Of a DNA stretch of 64,000 nucleotides, positions 10,636 to 20,607 are shown piece by piece. The notes below the pieces were generated by a model. The model ran no database searches, was not told the origin of the DNA, and saw nothing but the letters and a program-made list of their open reading frames with translations. The position numbers and the translations under genes were made by a program. Numbering within the stretch: the first letter of the stretch is position 1; each line of letters opens with the position of its first letter. The stretch is from a plasmid. The DNA is taken from sequence record NZ_AP019754.1, one strand, 5' to 3'.

Positions 10636-11000
10636 TGTCACAGCCGAAAATGACAGATGCTGATTACATCTTGCTGGCCAACTTCCGCACGGAACTACGC
10701 AGATTTATTGCCTTTAGTGATAGTCAGGCACGCAATGTGAGATTGACACCACAGCAACATCAGGCGCCACTGACTATTTGGGTAGCGCGAGAAGCAACGG
10801 CAACGGTGGTTAGGTTGCAGAGCGGCTGATTTTAAAACCGCACGGCGCGTCTGGGCTGATTAGCCGCCTGCAGGACGCCGGGCTCATCACTCGTCAGGCC
10901 GATGAATCGATTGACGCCTCAGGCGGAAGCCTTGCTTGAGGCGCGCGCTGGCGCATATCGACGTGCGCAAAACGCGAAAACCTTTGCAGGTAGATCTGGT
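10636..11000 (+). pseudogene. MarR-family transcriptional regulator with multiple frameshifts
   Basis: The N-terminal 55 aa (…RLTPQQHQAPLTIWVAREATATVV) are intact. The expected continuation (…LISRLQDAGLITRQADES… then LTPQAEALLEARAGAYRRAQ) is scattered over three frames with stops. Confidence 0.5.
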
Positions 11001-11043
11001 CGATGAGCTTGATGGCTGACAGCGCTGGAGCTGTCCGCCGCGG

Positions 11044-11835
11044 TTAGCGTAAACAATCGATATATTTTTGCGCCGACTGCTTCACCACACTGCTGGCATC
11101 GGCAATAATATCGCGCCCTTCAAATGCGCTGTAAAGTTTCCTGAAATCATAGGGTTGAAGTCGATTGACGATCGCAGTGATTGTCGCGGCGGGTAAAGGA
11201 AGCATATTGGGATAACTCCACATAAAAGAGACTGCGTTTGACCCTGCGCTAACCTGCACGATATCACCAGACAGCACGATGCCATCCTCCTTTGCCCAGT
11301 GCAGCACGGTTCCACCTTCAAAGTGTCCTCCCAGACGTAACAGTGTCACATCAGGCATGAGGGTTTTTGCCTCACCTTCCCACAACCGCAGATAGGGGCT
11401 GTCACGCATAATCCACTCGCTGTCACTGGCGTGCAGGTAAATCGGGGCATCAAAGACCGCTGCCCAGTCTTGCATGGTGCTGTAGTAATGAGGATGAGAA
11501 ACCGCAATCGCGCTGATGCCGCCCAGGGCACGAACGATGTCAATCGTGGCATCGTCAAGATCAGGAATGCAGTCCCAAAGTACGTTGCCCTGCGCGCCCT
11601 TTACAAGAAAGGCCCGCTGGCCAATAGCAAATTCAGGAACCGTTTGCAGGCTGAATAATCCCTTTTCCAGCTGAGACCATTTATTACTATGGGCCGCATG
11701 CAACGCCTCAGGTGAAATCCACTGTTGTCCTGTTGGCGGGACATACTGACGTTCGTCCTCACAGATTTTACAGCGATCAATGTGAACATCCTGCTGTTGA
11801 TATGACGTGCCGCACGTGAGGCAAATTTTGATCAT
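11044..11835 (-). CDS. MBL-fold metallo-hydrolase
   Basis: 263 aa with a metal-binding motif-2-like SHPHYYS and an N-terminal Cys-rich zinc-ribbon-like segment. Confidence 0.65.
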   Translation of the reverse strand: MIKICLTCGTSYQQQDVHIDRCKICEDERQYVPPTGQQWISPEALHAAHSNKWSQLEKGLFSLQTVPEFAIGQRAFLVKGAQGNVLWDCIPDLDDATIDIVRALGGISAIAVSHPHYYSTMQDWAAVFDAPIYLHASDSEWIMRDSPYLRLWEGEAKTLMPDVTLLRLGGHFEGGTVLHWAKEDGIVLSGDIVQVSAGSNAVSFMWSYPNMLPLPAATITAIVNRLQPYDFRKLYSAFEGRDIIADASSVVKQSAQKYIDCLR

Positions 11836-11923
11836 CCTGCGCTCTCCCTTAACCCTTTCAGATTAATTTTAGAGCCTGTATCAGGTGCAGGTTTCAATTT
11901 GTGCCATAGGGCGTGAAGGACAA

Positions 11924-12424
11924 TTAATGGCTGTAGACCAAAAAGTGGACGTTGTTGATGTAAAACTGCGCCACCTGGGTCATGCCAAGACGCTCGTGCG
12001 CCTGAATTGATCGACGATTGTCAGCCTGGATAAACAGCACCGGGGCCTTAGTACCGTAGTGACTGCGCAGTTCATCGTACAGACGCAGCAGCAGGCCCTG
12101 ACCGCGGGCCCGGGTGCTGATGCAGGCCGGGCCATAAATCCAGCACTGCTTCCCGGGCGGCCAGGCGCGCAACATGGCGTTCACCACCTCCGGGCCTTGC
12201 CGGAATGATGAGGTGCTAAATAACACGCCGGCAATCCCTGCCGCACACTGCGCGACTGCCACTATGGCGCCAGGGTGATTCAGCATGCCGGCAACTTTTT
12301 CGGCGGGGAAATCGCCATTCAGCGCGCCGCCATTGCCCGCTGCGTTTTCCTGAAGCAGTGCCGTGATGCCTGCCAGGTCATGCGTCGTTGCTTGCCGGAC
12401 GAGATAGTTATCCGGGGTAGGCAT
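11924..12424 (-). CDS. GNAT-family N-acetyltransferase
   Basis: 166 aa with the acetyl-CoA binding pattern (RARGQGLLLRLYDEL). Confidence 0.75.
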   Translation of the reverse strand: MPTPDNYLVRQATTHDLAGITALLQENAAGNGGALNGDFPAEKVAGMLNHPGAIVAVAQCAAGIAGVLFSTSSFRQGPEVVNAMLRAWPPGKQCWIYGPACISTRARGQGLLLRLYDELRSHYGTKAPVLFIQADNRRSIQAHERLGMTQVAQFYINNVHFLVYSH

Positions 12425-12463
12425 AATGCGATACTCCCTTAAAGATGATGCCGCCGTCCGGTT

Positions 12464-12697
12464 TTACGGGGTATTGCGGCGGTACAATGCCCACTCATCT
12501 ATGCGCTCTCCCGAAGGCAAGGTACAGTATCCCTCTTCGCCAGCCGCTGTTTTCACGCTGTCAATTTTGCCGCCGACAGCAAGGCAATGTTGGGATGCAG
12601 GATTAGCCAGCTGTGATGTCGATGTTTCACGCGGTGAGGGTGAGGACAGACAGCCAGAGAGCAGCAGAGAGAGTAAAATCGGTAAAAAGGTTCTCAT
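12464..12697 (-). CDS. DUF333-type small lipoprotein (putative haemolysin family)
   Basis: Lipobox LLSGC after a signal peptide, and the NPASQHCLAVGGK motif typical of DUF333. Confidence 0.5.
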   Translation of the reverse strand: MRTFLPILLSLLLSGCLSSPSPRETSTSQLANPASQHCLAVGGKIDSVKTAAGEEGYCTLPSGERIDEWALYRRNTP

Positions 12698-12784
12698 ATA
12701 ACCTGCTTGTTGTTGAAGAGCGCATTCACATGCTATCCGGATTTATCGGGTAAATCATTATAGCCACTCAAAAGGAGAAGGATG

Positions 12785-13357
12785 ATGTCTGACAAACCGT
12801 TAAAAATCGTCACGCTGCTGGGAAGCCTGAGGCAAGGCTCGTACAACGCAATGATCGCACGTGCACTCCCACAGCTGGCGCCAGAGGGGATGACCATAGA
12901 TGCACTGCCATCCATTCGGGATATTCCACTGTACGATGCGGATCTTCAGCAAGAAGAGGGATTCCCCGCCACGGTTGACACGCTGGCTGCACGTATTCGC
13001 GAGGCTGATGGCGTCATTATCGTCACACCCGAATATAACTACTCCGTGCCTGGCGGTTTAAAGAATGCCATTGACTGGTTATCTCGCGTACCGAATCAAC
13101 CCTTGGCGGGTAAACCGGTGGCGATTCAAACCAGTTCCATGGGCGCTATTGGTGGAGCACGTTGTCAGTATCACCTGCGTCAGATTCTGGTATTTCTCGA
13201 TGCCATGGTGCTGAACAAGCCGGAATTTATGGGTGGGGCGATCCAGAATAAAGTCGATGAGCAGGCCGGGAAGGTGATTGAGCAGGGCACGCTGGAACAT
13301 CTGGCAAAACAGTTAGCCGCGTTCAGTGATTTTATTCGCAGGGTAAGCGAGGGGTGA
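12785..13357 (+). CDS. NAD(P)H-dependent FMN reductase (ChrR/YieF family)
   Basis: Flavodoxin-like fold with TPEYNYSVPGGLKNAIDWLS, characteristic of YieF/ChrR quinone and chromate reductases. Confidence 0.8.
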   Translation: MSDKPLKIVTLLGSLRQGSYNAMIARALPQLAPEGMTIDALPSIRDIPLYDADLQQEEGFPATVDTLAARIREADGVIIVTPEYNYSVPGGLKNAIDWLSRVPNQPLAGKPVAIQTSSMGAIGGARCQYHLRQILVFLDAMVLNKPEFMGGAIQNKVDEQAGKVIEQGTLEHLAKQLAAFSDFIRRVSEG

Positions 13358-13375
13358 TTTAAGTTAATCCTCTGA

Positions 13376-13407
13376 GAAGAACCACGCTCTGCAAAAAGCG
13401 TGGTTCT
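13376..13407. terminator. Bidirectional terminator hairpin between the convergent FMN-reductase and flagellin genes
   Basis: Perfect 12-bp inverted repeat aagaaccacgct / agcgtggttctt with an 8-nt loop. Confidence 0.5.
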
Positions 13408-13418
13408 TAAATTGTCGA

Positions 13419-14354
13419 TTAACGAAGTAAAGACAGCATAGTCTGAGGTACCTGATTGGCCTGGGCCAGTACCGACGATCCCGCCTGTTGCAGAATCTGC
13501 GCGCGTGACATGTTCGACACTTCCGTCGCATAGTCCGCATCCTGGATACGGCTTCGTGCTGCAGTCAGGTTAGTCACGGTGTTATTCAGGTTACTGATTG
13601 TAGACTCAAAGCGGTTCTGAGATGCACCCAGCAGGCTGCGCTGACTGTCGACGGCCTTGATGGCTTTATCGATATCCGCCAGTGGGGTGCTGCCTGATGC
13701 GGTGCCACCACTACCGCCGGTTACGGCACCCTTCAGCACGTCAAAACCAATAGCCGCAGTGCTACGGGCGGTTCCGTTAACTGTCTGGCCAGTGGTCACG
13801 CTGGTATTCTGCACGGTGCCTGACGAGGCGTTACCGGCCGCAGCAAGATCGAAGCTGTCACTGGAACTCAGGGTGATACCGATAGTCTGGCCATCCTGTG
13901 CACCGACCTGGAAATTGTAAGTGCTGCTACCCGATCCCGTGTTGAGGACTTTCAGACCGTTGAAATCTGTCTGCTTGGTATCGCGGTCAATCTCCTGCAT
14001 ACGCTGGTTAACTTCAGCCTGGATTGAGTCAATATCGGATGCTGAGTTGGAGCTGTTCTGAGCCTGAACAGTCAGGTCACGGACGCGCTGCAGGTTGTTG
14101 TTTATTTCATCCAGTGCACCTTCAGCCGTCTGAGACAATGAAATACCGTCGTTGGCGTTACGTGCGGCAACCGTCAGGCCGTCAATATTTGATGTGAAAC
14201 GGTTAGCAATCGCTTCACCGGCCGCGTCATCTTTGGCGCTGTTGATACGCAGGCCTGATGACAGGCGCTCGATAGCCGTACCCAATGATGACTGTGACTT
14301 ATTCAGGTTGTTTTGAGTAATTAACGACAGAACGTTTGTGTTGATCACTGACAT
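13419..14354 (-). CDS. fliC: Flagellin (short 311-aa form lacking a large hypervariable domain), copy 1
   Basis: Conserved flagellin N-terminus ([42 protein letters not shown]) and C-terminus ([24 protein letters not shown]). Confidence 0.9.
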   Translation of the reverse strand: MSVINTNVLSLITQNNLNKSQSSLGTAIERLSSGLRINSAKDDAAGEAIANRFTSNIDGLTVAARNANDGISLSQTAEGALDEINNNLQRVRDLTVQAQNSSNSASDIDSIQAEVNQRMQEIDRDTKQTDFNGLKVLNTGSGSSTYNFQVGAQDGQTIGITLSSSDSFDLAAAGNASSGTVQNTSVTTGQTVNGTARSTAAIGFDVLKGAVTGGSGGTASGSTPLADIDKAIKAVDSQRSLLGASQNRFESTISNLNNTVTNLTAARSRIQDADYATEVSNMSRAQILQQAGSSVLAQANQVPQTMLSLLR

Positions 14355-14397
14355 GGTAAATTCCTTCTTATAGAAACGTATTATTTACGCATTATTA

Positions 14398-14424
14398 TTA
14401 TCGAGCTGACCACGCCAAACTTTA
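14398..14424 (-). promoter_or_regulatory. FliA (sigma-28) class-3 promoter for flagellin copy 1
   Basis: On the minus strand the site reads TAAAGTTT, then 11 nt, then CTCGATAA, against the consensus TAAAGTTT-N11-GCCGATAA. The -10 element lies about 44 nt upstream of the ATG. Confidence 0.5.
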
Positions 14425-15037
14425 ATGAAAAGACGCCAGTTAAGATTAATTAGTGAATGGTTTTTTTTACAGGGCGGTGAAGTTGTAAATACAGAAACAA
14501 CTCAGAAAAAAGTTATTATAAGCACACACAAACCTCAATCAGAAGAATAACTTTTTAAAGGTTAAAAACCTTTTGTTACAGCATTGCTCATCAAAAAGCA
14601 CAGATGATTAAATATTTACATTATTAGCCGCATGGTATGATGAGTCATGTTTTTTTGTAACACAGCCTCTCATTAAGGAAATTACATTAACTCTCCCTAA
14701 TTAAAAAGTAAGATATATCATTATCCGGCATTACGATGATAATAATTATTTTTTTACATTTTCCCACAAGAAAGACAGACGTCCGTAATCAAGAAAATTG
14801 CTGGCAGCGTTAAAACCAGTTTGTCATGAAAAACGACGGGAGTTCAGCCTTGGCTCTCATGTCCAGAGACATCGGTTAGCGGACGGGTAATAATGTTGAA
14901 CGGATTTCTCGTGTTCAGCTTAAGCAGAGAAGGGACGAACGGGGAACCGGTCTGGGAAAGGACAACATCAAACGGCGGCGCGCTGATGGCAAGGTGTACC
15001 ATCAGCGCGGAAGATAAAAATTTCGGCTAAACCAGAA

Positions 15038-16432
15038 TTACATTTTTGCGAACTGTGCAGAGAGGTAATCCCCCGTCTGCGTCATTGAAGACACCAGCGT
15101 ACTCAGATTGGTGAACTCCGTTTTATACTGCGCCATGACCGCGGTGATCTGATCATTAACGTTGTTATATTGATCAGACAACTGTTTTAGCGAGGTATTA
15201 ATCCCTGTCGTCGCGTTTGATACCGTGCCGTTGCTGGCTAACATATCATTGAGTCTGTTGGTCACCTGCGTCGCGAACCCCGTAGTTTTGCCATCACCGG
15301 TCAGAAAACTTAAAACATCTGCAGGCTGATTGGTTAAGGCGGCATTCAGCTTGGTGCTGTCTACCGTCAGGTCACCTTTATCGTCCTGGGTAATGCCGAG
15401 TTGTGAGAGTACCTGAATGCTTCCGCTACCCTGAGGATCGGAAAACTGGCTGCGCAGGCTGGTCTGGATATTCATTAACGTATTATCCCCCAGCAGATCG
15501 CCATTATCGGTACTTGGCGCCTGGCCTTCCTGCACGGGTGTATAATTTGTCTGATCTGCAATGGTTTTTTGCAGGGAATTATAGGCATCAACGTACGTCT
15601 GAATCGCCGTCGCCATAGGCGTGGTATCCGTGGCGATAGATAAGGTTTCAGGGGAACCGCTGTTAACTTTATTCAGATTCAGTGTGACCCCTTCAGGGGC
15701 ATCGGTGACGATGTTGCTGCTGCGCGTGATAGCCAAACCGTTTATCTTCAACTGAGCATCCTGAGCAGCAACCTGCTGTGTCATGCCGTTATTACTGCCG
15801 CCACTGCTGTAACTGATATACTGTGACAGCGTCGAGTCATTGGTGCTGACGGTCATCGCATTCGCGGTACCGCTATCACGTGCGGTCAGGGACAAATAGT
15901 AGGTGTTATCGTTTGCCATAATCACGCTGGCATTAACACTACCTTGCTGCTTGTTAATTGCATCACGGATATCTGTCAGGCTGGTCTGATCCTGGTTTAA
16001 GGTCACGGTCAGCGGCGATTTCTGCCCAGACTGGCTGATGGTAATCGTACGTGATGCCATGCTGCTGTCACCGAGATCGGTACTTTCGCTGCTGGCGGAC
16101 TTAGAAAGCAGAGACTGCGCGGCGGCGAGCTGATCGACCTCAACGGAATAGTTTCCGGCTGCGGCACCGCTGGCAAGCGTGGCAGTAAAGGCGGTATTTG
16201 AGCTGGTGACTTTGGTTGTGGCAATGCTCGAGGCATTTTCCAGCGCAGAGGCGGCCGTTTGCAATTTCGACATTGAACTCTGAACCACGCCCCAGGCCGT
16301 CAGCTGCGCATTATAAGACGCCTGCTGATTAGTAATCGGTGTCAGTTGCGCCTGCTCAGCTGACTGTAAATTATCATATAACGTGTTGAGGTCGAGGTTA
16401 GTACCAGCGCCAAGTGTGCTTATGCTTGCCAT
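15038..16432 (-). CDS. fliD: Flagellar filament capping protein (hook-associated protein 2)
   Basis: Canonical MASISTLGAGTNLDL N-terminus and ~464 aa length. The start is taken at the 9th codon of the listed ORF. Confidence 0.9.
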   Translation of the reverse strand: MASISTLGAGTNLDLNTLYDNLQSAEQAQLTPITNQQASYNAQLTAWGVVQSSMSKLQTAASALENASSIATTKVTSSNTAFTATLASGAAAGNYSVEVDQLAAAQSLLSKSASSESTDLGDSSMASRTITISQSGQKSPLTVTLNQDQTSLTDIRDAINKQQGSVNASVIMANDNTYYLSLTARDSGTANAMTVSTNDSTLSQYISYSSGGSNNGMTQQVAAQDAQLKINGLAITRSSNIVTDAPEGVTLNLNKVNSGSPETLSIATDTTPMATAIQTYVDAYNSLQKTIADQTNYTPVQEGQAPSTDNGDLLGDNTLMNIQTSLRSQFSDPQGSGSIQVLSQLGITQDDKGDLTVDSTKLNAALTNQPADVLSFLTGDGKTTGFATQVTNRLNDMLASNGTVSNATTGINTSLKQLSDQYNNVNDQITAVMAQYKTEFTNLSTLVSSMTQTGDYLSAQFAKM

Positions 16433-17077
16433 ATTCTTGTCCTGATGAAGTGACACCAGAATTAAAAATACAATGCATTAATCAGGGGTTTTTCTGATTT
16501 TAAATGTTGTTGCAAATCGGTTTATTGTCATTACTTAACTATCAATTTTCTGTTAAGGAGGTAAAAAATTGTTAACGCAATAACAATTTGAAATTCTTCC
16601 GGGGCGGTTAATTTGGCTTTTGAATAATATACATCGGTGCCGTCTGCAAACACATCAGCGATTAATCAGTCATTTAGCCAGCATCCTCTACCTTAAGCCA
16701 AATTCATTTTTCCTAATCATCATAGCTCAGTTATTCACTCTGCTTATCCTGTTTTAACGACGATCGACGACAAATTGATGCAAAAAACGGAAAAATACTT
16801 AATGCAAATTATGCAGTGTCCTGAAAATATCCGTCGCTAATCAATGCGTTTACAACCGGGCCAGAAAGGTGGATGACTGCTTTTTATTGCGTATTCTTCC
16901 CTGTTTTCGGTAAAAAATATTTTCGCTGCGCGTTAAGTTTACGATTGTTACATCCATTTACGGCAGCGATCGAAACGTTAACAAAGGTGCACGCTGAAGC
17001 ACATACCGCAGAGCGGAGCCCAACCCGATGTCAGGGGCGCAGGGCTACGTGAAGAGGTGCATGTTGATCCGTCGGCC

Positions 17078-17545
17078 TTATGCCTGTCGGGAAAAGCGTG
17101 CATCAAAAAGGAAGGGGATATTTACCGCCTGTCTGACGATCGCACTGAATTCAGGATGCTCCGGATTGAGAAGATAATTCGATTCCACGGGCGAAAGGGC
17201 ACTGGGCACGCGCAGTGCGACCGATCCCCCGCTTTGTATCCAGGCATCACCAAATAAACGCAGCGCTGCAGGCGCTTCCGGTGCGGCCCAGTCGTCAGGC
17301 AGTTGCTTGATATCAATCCATTCAATCAGCCTGTCGGGAACGTCAATGCTCATGAGGGTAAAAAAGTCCAGTACGCTGGCGCTTTGCAGATGGATAAGCG
17401 TCTCCAGCATGGTGAGGGAAGCAGTTTCAGAAGCGTAGACCATCGATACGCCGACGCTGTTCCAGCGTCCGCCGCCTTCACGGGCACCAAAACCGCTCCA
17501 GGCCGACCCCAGATAGCGCGTTTTGGTCATGCGATAGAGCTTCAA
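17078..17545 (-). CDS. RES-domain toxin (type II TA system)
   Basis: 155 aa with the RES-domain layout and conserved Arg/Glu/Ser positions. It overlaps the upstream antitoxin gene by 4 bp. Confidence 0.75.
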   Translation of the reverse strand: MKLYRMTKTRYLGSAWSGFGAREGGGRWNSVGVSMVYASETASLTMLETLIHLQSASVLDFFTLMSIDVPDRLIEWIDIKQLPDDWAAPEAPAALRLFGDAWIQSGGSVALRVPSALSPVESNYLLNPEHPEFSAIVRQAVNIPFLFDARFSRQA

Positions 17546-17997
17546 GAATACACACCGTGTTCAAGCCGGGTAATGAGTTTCAGCACTTCATAAGCCCCGG
17601 TTTCTGACGCGACCAGATCAGCCGGTTTTTTATTGCCTAAGGCGCGCGCAGGCTCATTGAGCCACTGCCGTGCCTTTTCTTTATCGCCCTCAAACAGCTC
17701 AACCGCACGATCCATCACGCGAATAAAACGCACCAGCCGTTCGCTCTGCTCCGCAGTAAAGCGGCTTTTAACGCCGCGGGTGAAGGTTGAGCCCGCAATG
17801 CCGGTCATACGGCGCAGTTCTGCCTGAGAGATTTGCGCCCAGGTGACAATGCGACTGGCTACCGTGCCGTCCAGACCATCATCGATTTGATCCATCAGCA
17901 TCACGCCGTCAGCACTGCTCAGGCCAGCAAATTGCCATAGACGATCCGGTTCTGCAGCGGATACGGGTAAAGTGAACTGTTTCATCATCACCTCCAT
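17542..17997 (-). CDS. Xre/MbcA/ParS-type antitoxin (DUF2384) paired with the RES toxin
   Basis: 151 aa with a C-terminal DUF2384-like helix bundle (ARALGNKKPADLVASETGAYEVLKLITRLEHGV). It lies immediately upstream of the RES gene and is translationally coupled to it. Confidence 0.7.
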   Translation of the reverse strand: MEVMMKQFTLPVSAAEPDRLWQFAGLSSADGVMLMDQIDDGLDGTVASRIVTWAQISQAELRRMTGIAGSTFTRGVKSRFTAEQSERLVRFIRVMDRAVELFEGDKEKARQWLNEPARALGNKKPADLVASETGAYEVLKLITRLEHGVYS

Positions 17998-18371
17998 TTG
18001 GTTGTTCTATTATAGCCAAATGGTGATATCGTTCAATCAGTTATTGATGCACTGTCATCATAAGAAAATAAAGTCGTTTTATCATTTCTCTGGCTGCAGA
18101 CAGAGAAACGAAGTTATACCGCCTTGACGGTCAGCGCCGGGTCTGACAAGAAAACGTAAAAGCGTGACTGAAAACAAAGGAAAAACGGCTACGAACGACG
18201 CATTTGGCTGGACGTCATTACAGGTACACCATAGCCAGTGTGGCTTCTACAGACAGGGCATCATTTTTTAACATGGCAAGATTTTTACCTAAGGCAACTC
18301 TTATCGATGACTGTGTTATATTGCCGCTCTTAAACGCAGGTACTGGGCTCAACCGATAGGGACTATCCGTT

Positions 18372-18596
18372 ATGAAACGACACGATATTAATTCTTCCTC
18401 TCTTTTCCGCAGTGCGGGATTCGACCCGACGTCAGGCGTACTGGAACTTGAATACCGCAATGGCACCTGCCGTCGCTGGCTTGCCGTGCCTGCTCATACC
18501 TATCAGGGATTCTGTGCTGCCCTCGATCAGGACGCTTTTTTCCGCGAAAGTATCGACAACCGTTTCTTCTCCATGTATCAAAAGAGTGATGCCTAA
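18372..18596 (+). CDS. KTSC-domain small protein
   Basis: 74 aa. The pattern LELEYRNGTCRRWLAVPAHTYQGFCAA…FF fits the KTSC fold signature. Confidence 0.4.
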   Translation: MKRHDINSSSLFRSAGFDPTSGVLELEYRNGTCRRWLAVPAHTYQGFCAALDQDAFFRESIDNRFFSMYQKSDA

Positions 18597-18749
18597 GCGC
18601 ATTGCTGAAGCCCTGAAAACATTGACCGCCGTCACCTTTTTCAGGGCATTGACGTGGCAGGGATAACCAGACACATTCGGGTCTGCCTGTTGCTGGCTGC
18701 CAGTATTATCCCTGCAGGCTGATCTTTCTGTCTGCGCAGTGAGGTAACG

Positions 18750-19445
18750 ATGAAAAAATCGCTTATCCGCGTTTTTTTAAGTTTAGTCACCCGCATGGCT
18801 GTGGTACTCGTTGCACTGACAGGAATAACGGTTGCCGCCGAAAACATTCCCTCGTCCGCACGCTCCGCTGAGCAACCCTGCTGTGGTCCCGTCACGCCTG
18901 CCGCTCAGGCGATCCTCACCGTGCTTGATCGGTCGGACGTTGAGCATTTATGGCTCAATCATCATCACGTCAACTGGGAAACCGGTCAGCCTGACAAGCC
19001 GGATGACTACTCAGGCCCCGGCAATCATACTCACTGCAGTGCGTTTGCGGCGGCCATGGGGGCCCGGCTGGGTGTGTATATGCTCAGGCCACCACAGCAC
19101 AGCCAGATATTGCTGGCAAGCGCGCAGACACGCTGGTTCGACAGTCAGGAAGGTCGTCAGGCGGGCTGGATTAGGGCGGCCGATGCACTACATGCACAGC
19201 AGTTTGCTAACCAGGGAATGCTGGTCGTGATTTCCTATGAAAGCCCCGATAAGCACAGGCCTGGCCATATCGTTATTGTCCGACCTTCATTAATTACGCT
19301 GGCGAGATTGCGCGCAGAGGGGCCTTACATCACCCAGGCCGGAACCCATAACCTGCTTGTCGGCAATGCAGCCACTGCGTTTGCGGGCCACCCGGGCGCC
19401 TGGCCTGACGGCGTGAAGTTTTTTGCGCACGCATTACGGCAATGA
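18750..19445 (+). CDS. Secreted papain-like (NlpC/P60- or CHAP-like) Cys/His hydrolase, hypothetical
   Basis: N-terminal signal peptide. A candidate catalytic Cys lies in NHTHCSAFAAAMG and a candidate His in PGHIVIVRP, the spacing and context seen in cysteine peptidoglycan amidases and peptidases. Confidence 0.4.
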   Translation: MKKSLIRVFLSLVTRMAVVLVALTGITVAAENIPSSARSAEQPCCGPVTPAAQAILTVLDRSDVEHLWLNHHHVNWETGQPDKPDDYSGPGNHTHCSAFAAAMGARLGVYMLRPPQHSQILLASAQTRWFDSQEGRQAGWIRAADALHAQQFANQGMLVVISYESPDKHRPGHIVIVRPSLITLARLRAEGPYITQAGTHNLLVGNAATAFAGHPGAWPDGVKFFAHALRQ

Positions 19446-19519
19446 CGCCGGGAGAGATGCGAGGCCAGTTTAGCCTGTGGTGTAAACGGCCTGGAACAGT
19501 AGCGTTCTGCCCGCCATTT

Positions 19520-20212
19520 TTACGCCCGAATCTGAATCCCTTCGGTGATGATGTGCTGGACACTCTTCACCGTTTGTTCAAAAAACACAGGATCGCTGAG
19601 TGTTTTACCGGTAATCGCCTCAACCTGTACCCCAAAATCTGCGTAATGCTGAGTGGTGGCCCACAGCATAAAAATCAACTGCATCGGATCGATGGGTGCG
19701 ATCAACTCATCTTTAATCCAGCCGCGAATCACGTCCGATTTATCCTCCACCAGCGTTTTCAGGCTGCCGCCAAGCTCCTGTTTCAGCAGCGGTGCGCCCT
19801 GAACCATCTCCAGACAAAATAATCTTGAGGCCTGAGGATGGTCACGGGAGACGCAAAGCTTCAGACGAATATATTCCCGTATTGCTTCCAGAGGATGCTG
19901 ATCGGACTGCAGTGCTTTAAGCGGTGCCAGCCAGATATCCAGCAGCCCTTTGAGCACCGCAATGTATAAATCTTCTTTCGAGGGAAAGTAGTAGAACAGA
20001 TTGGTTTTCGAGACATCCGCGCGTTCAGCAACCTGCTCAAGACGGGTGCCGTGAAAGCCATACAGTGAGAAGAATTCCAGTGCAGCGGCCATGATAGCGC
20101 CACGTTTGGCAGCAACCGCTCGCGAACGTCGCGTCAAAGATTTCGATGGCGTTTTCGCGGCGAGGTTTTCTCCGGCGTCAGAACCCGGGTTTTCGGACAA
20201 TGGCTTCACAAC
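19520..20212 (-). CDS. rutR: TetR-family pyrimidine-utilisation repressor
   Basis: Very close to E. coli RutR throughout (HGTRLEQVAERADVSKTNLFYYFPSKEDLYIAVL…IDPMQLIFMLWATTQHYADF). The start is probably the GTG at 20212. It is divergent from rutA. Confidence 0.85.
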   Translation of the reverse strand, partial: VVKPLSENPGSDAGENLAAKTPSKSLTRRSRAVAAKRGAIMAAALEFFSLYGFHGTRLEQVAERADVSKTNLFYYFPSKEDLYIAVLKGLLDIWLAPLKALQSDQHPLEAIREYIRLKLCVSRDHPQASRLFCLEMVQGAPLLKQELGGSLKTLVEDKSDVIRGWIKDELIAPIDPMQLIFMLWATTQHYADFGVQVEAITGKTLSDPVFFEQTVKSVQHIITEGIQIRA

Positions 20213-20382
20213 ATTTCCCTGATACACACAACAAGGCCAAAAGCATAACAAATAGGCATTAAGGCGACTATCGTCATACGCGTTATTTATAAACACAACT
20301 TGATAACAACCCAGCACAACCAATATTTAACAAAACTGCACCATTTGCGCTCAACTCTGCCTGATTAACGTGCAGCTATTTT

Positions 20383-20413
20383 TGAGTAAATGGTCTGTTT
20401 TAGACCATTTACT
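20383..20413. promoter_or_regulatory. Perfect 13-bp inverted repeat (GAGTAAATGGTCT-N5-AGACCATTTACTC) in the rutR–rutA intergenic region; candidate operator
   Basis: Contains TGGTC/GACCA half-sites like those of the RutR box, although the arrangement and spacing differ from the E. coli consensus. Confidence 0.35.
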
Positions 20414-20469
20414 CCATTATAAATCTACACAATCCCATAACATTCTGTTTTAAATGACTTTTTAAAAAC

Positions 20470-20485
20470 TGGCATCCGCTTTGCA
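20470..20485 (+). promoter_or_regulatory. Sigma-54 (RpoN) promoter upstream of rutA
   Basis: TGGCAT-N5-TTGCA with GG–N10–GC spacing, about 120 nt upstream of the rutA ATG. E. coli rutA is NtrC/sigma-54 dependent. Confidence 0.55.
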
Positions 20486-20607
20486 AATGTCCTTACGTCA
20501 GGAGATTTCAGCACGGTGCAACAGGAACCCGCAGGACGCACTTAAGCCGCGCAGAGATTTTCGCAAGCCCTTGTTGTCGTCCCAATTATTTTCAATCGAG
20601 GTGAGCT

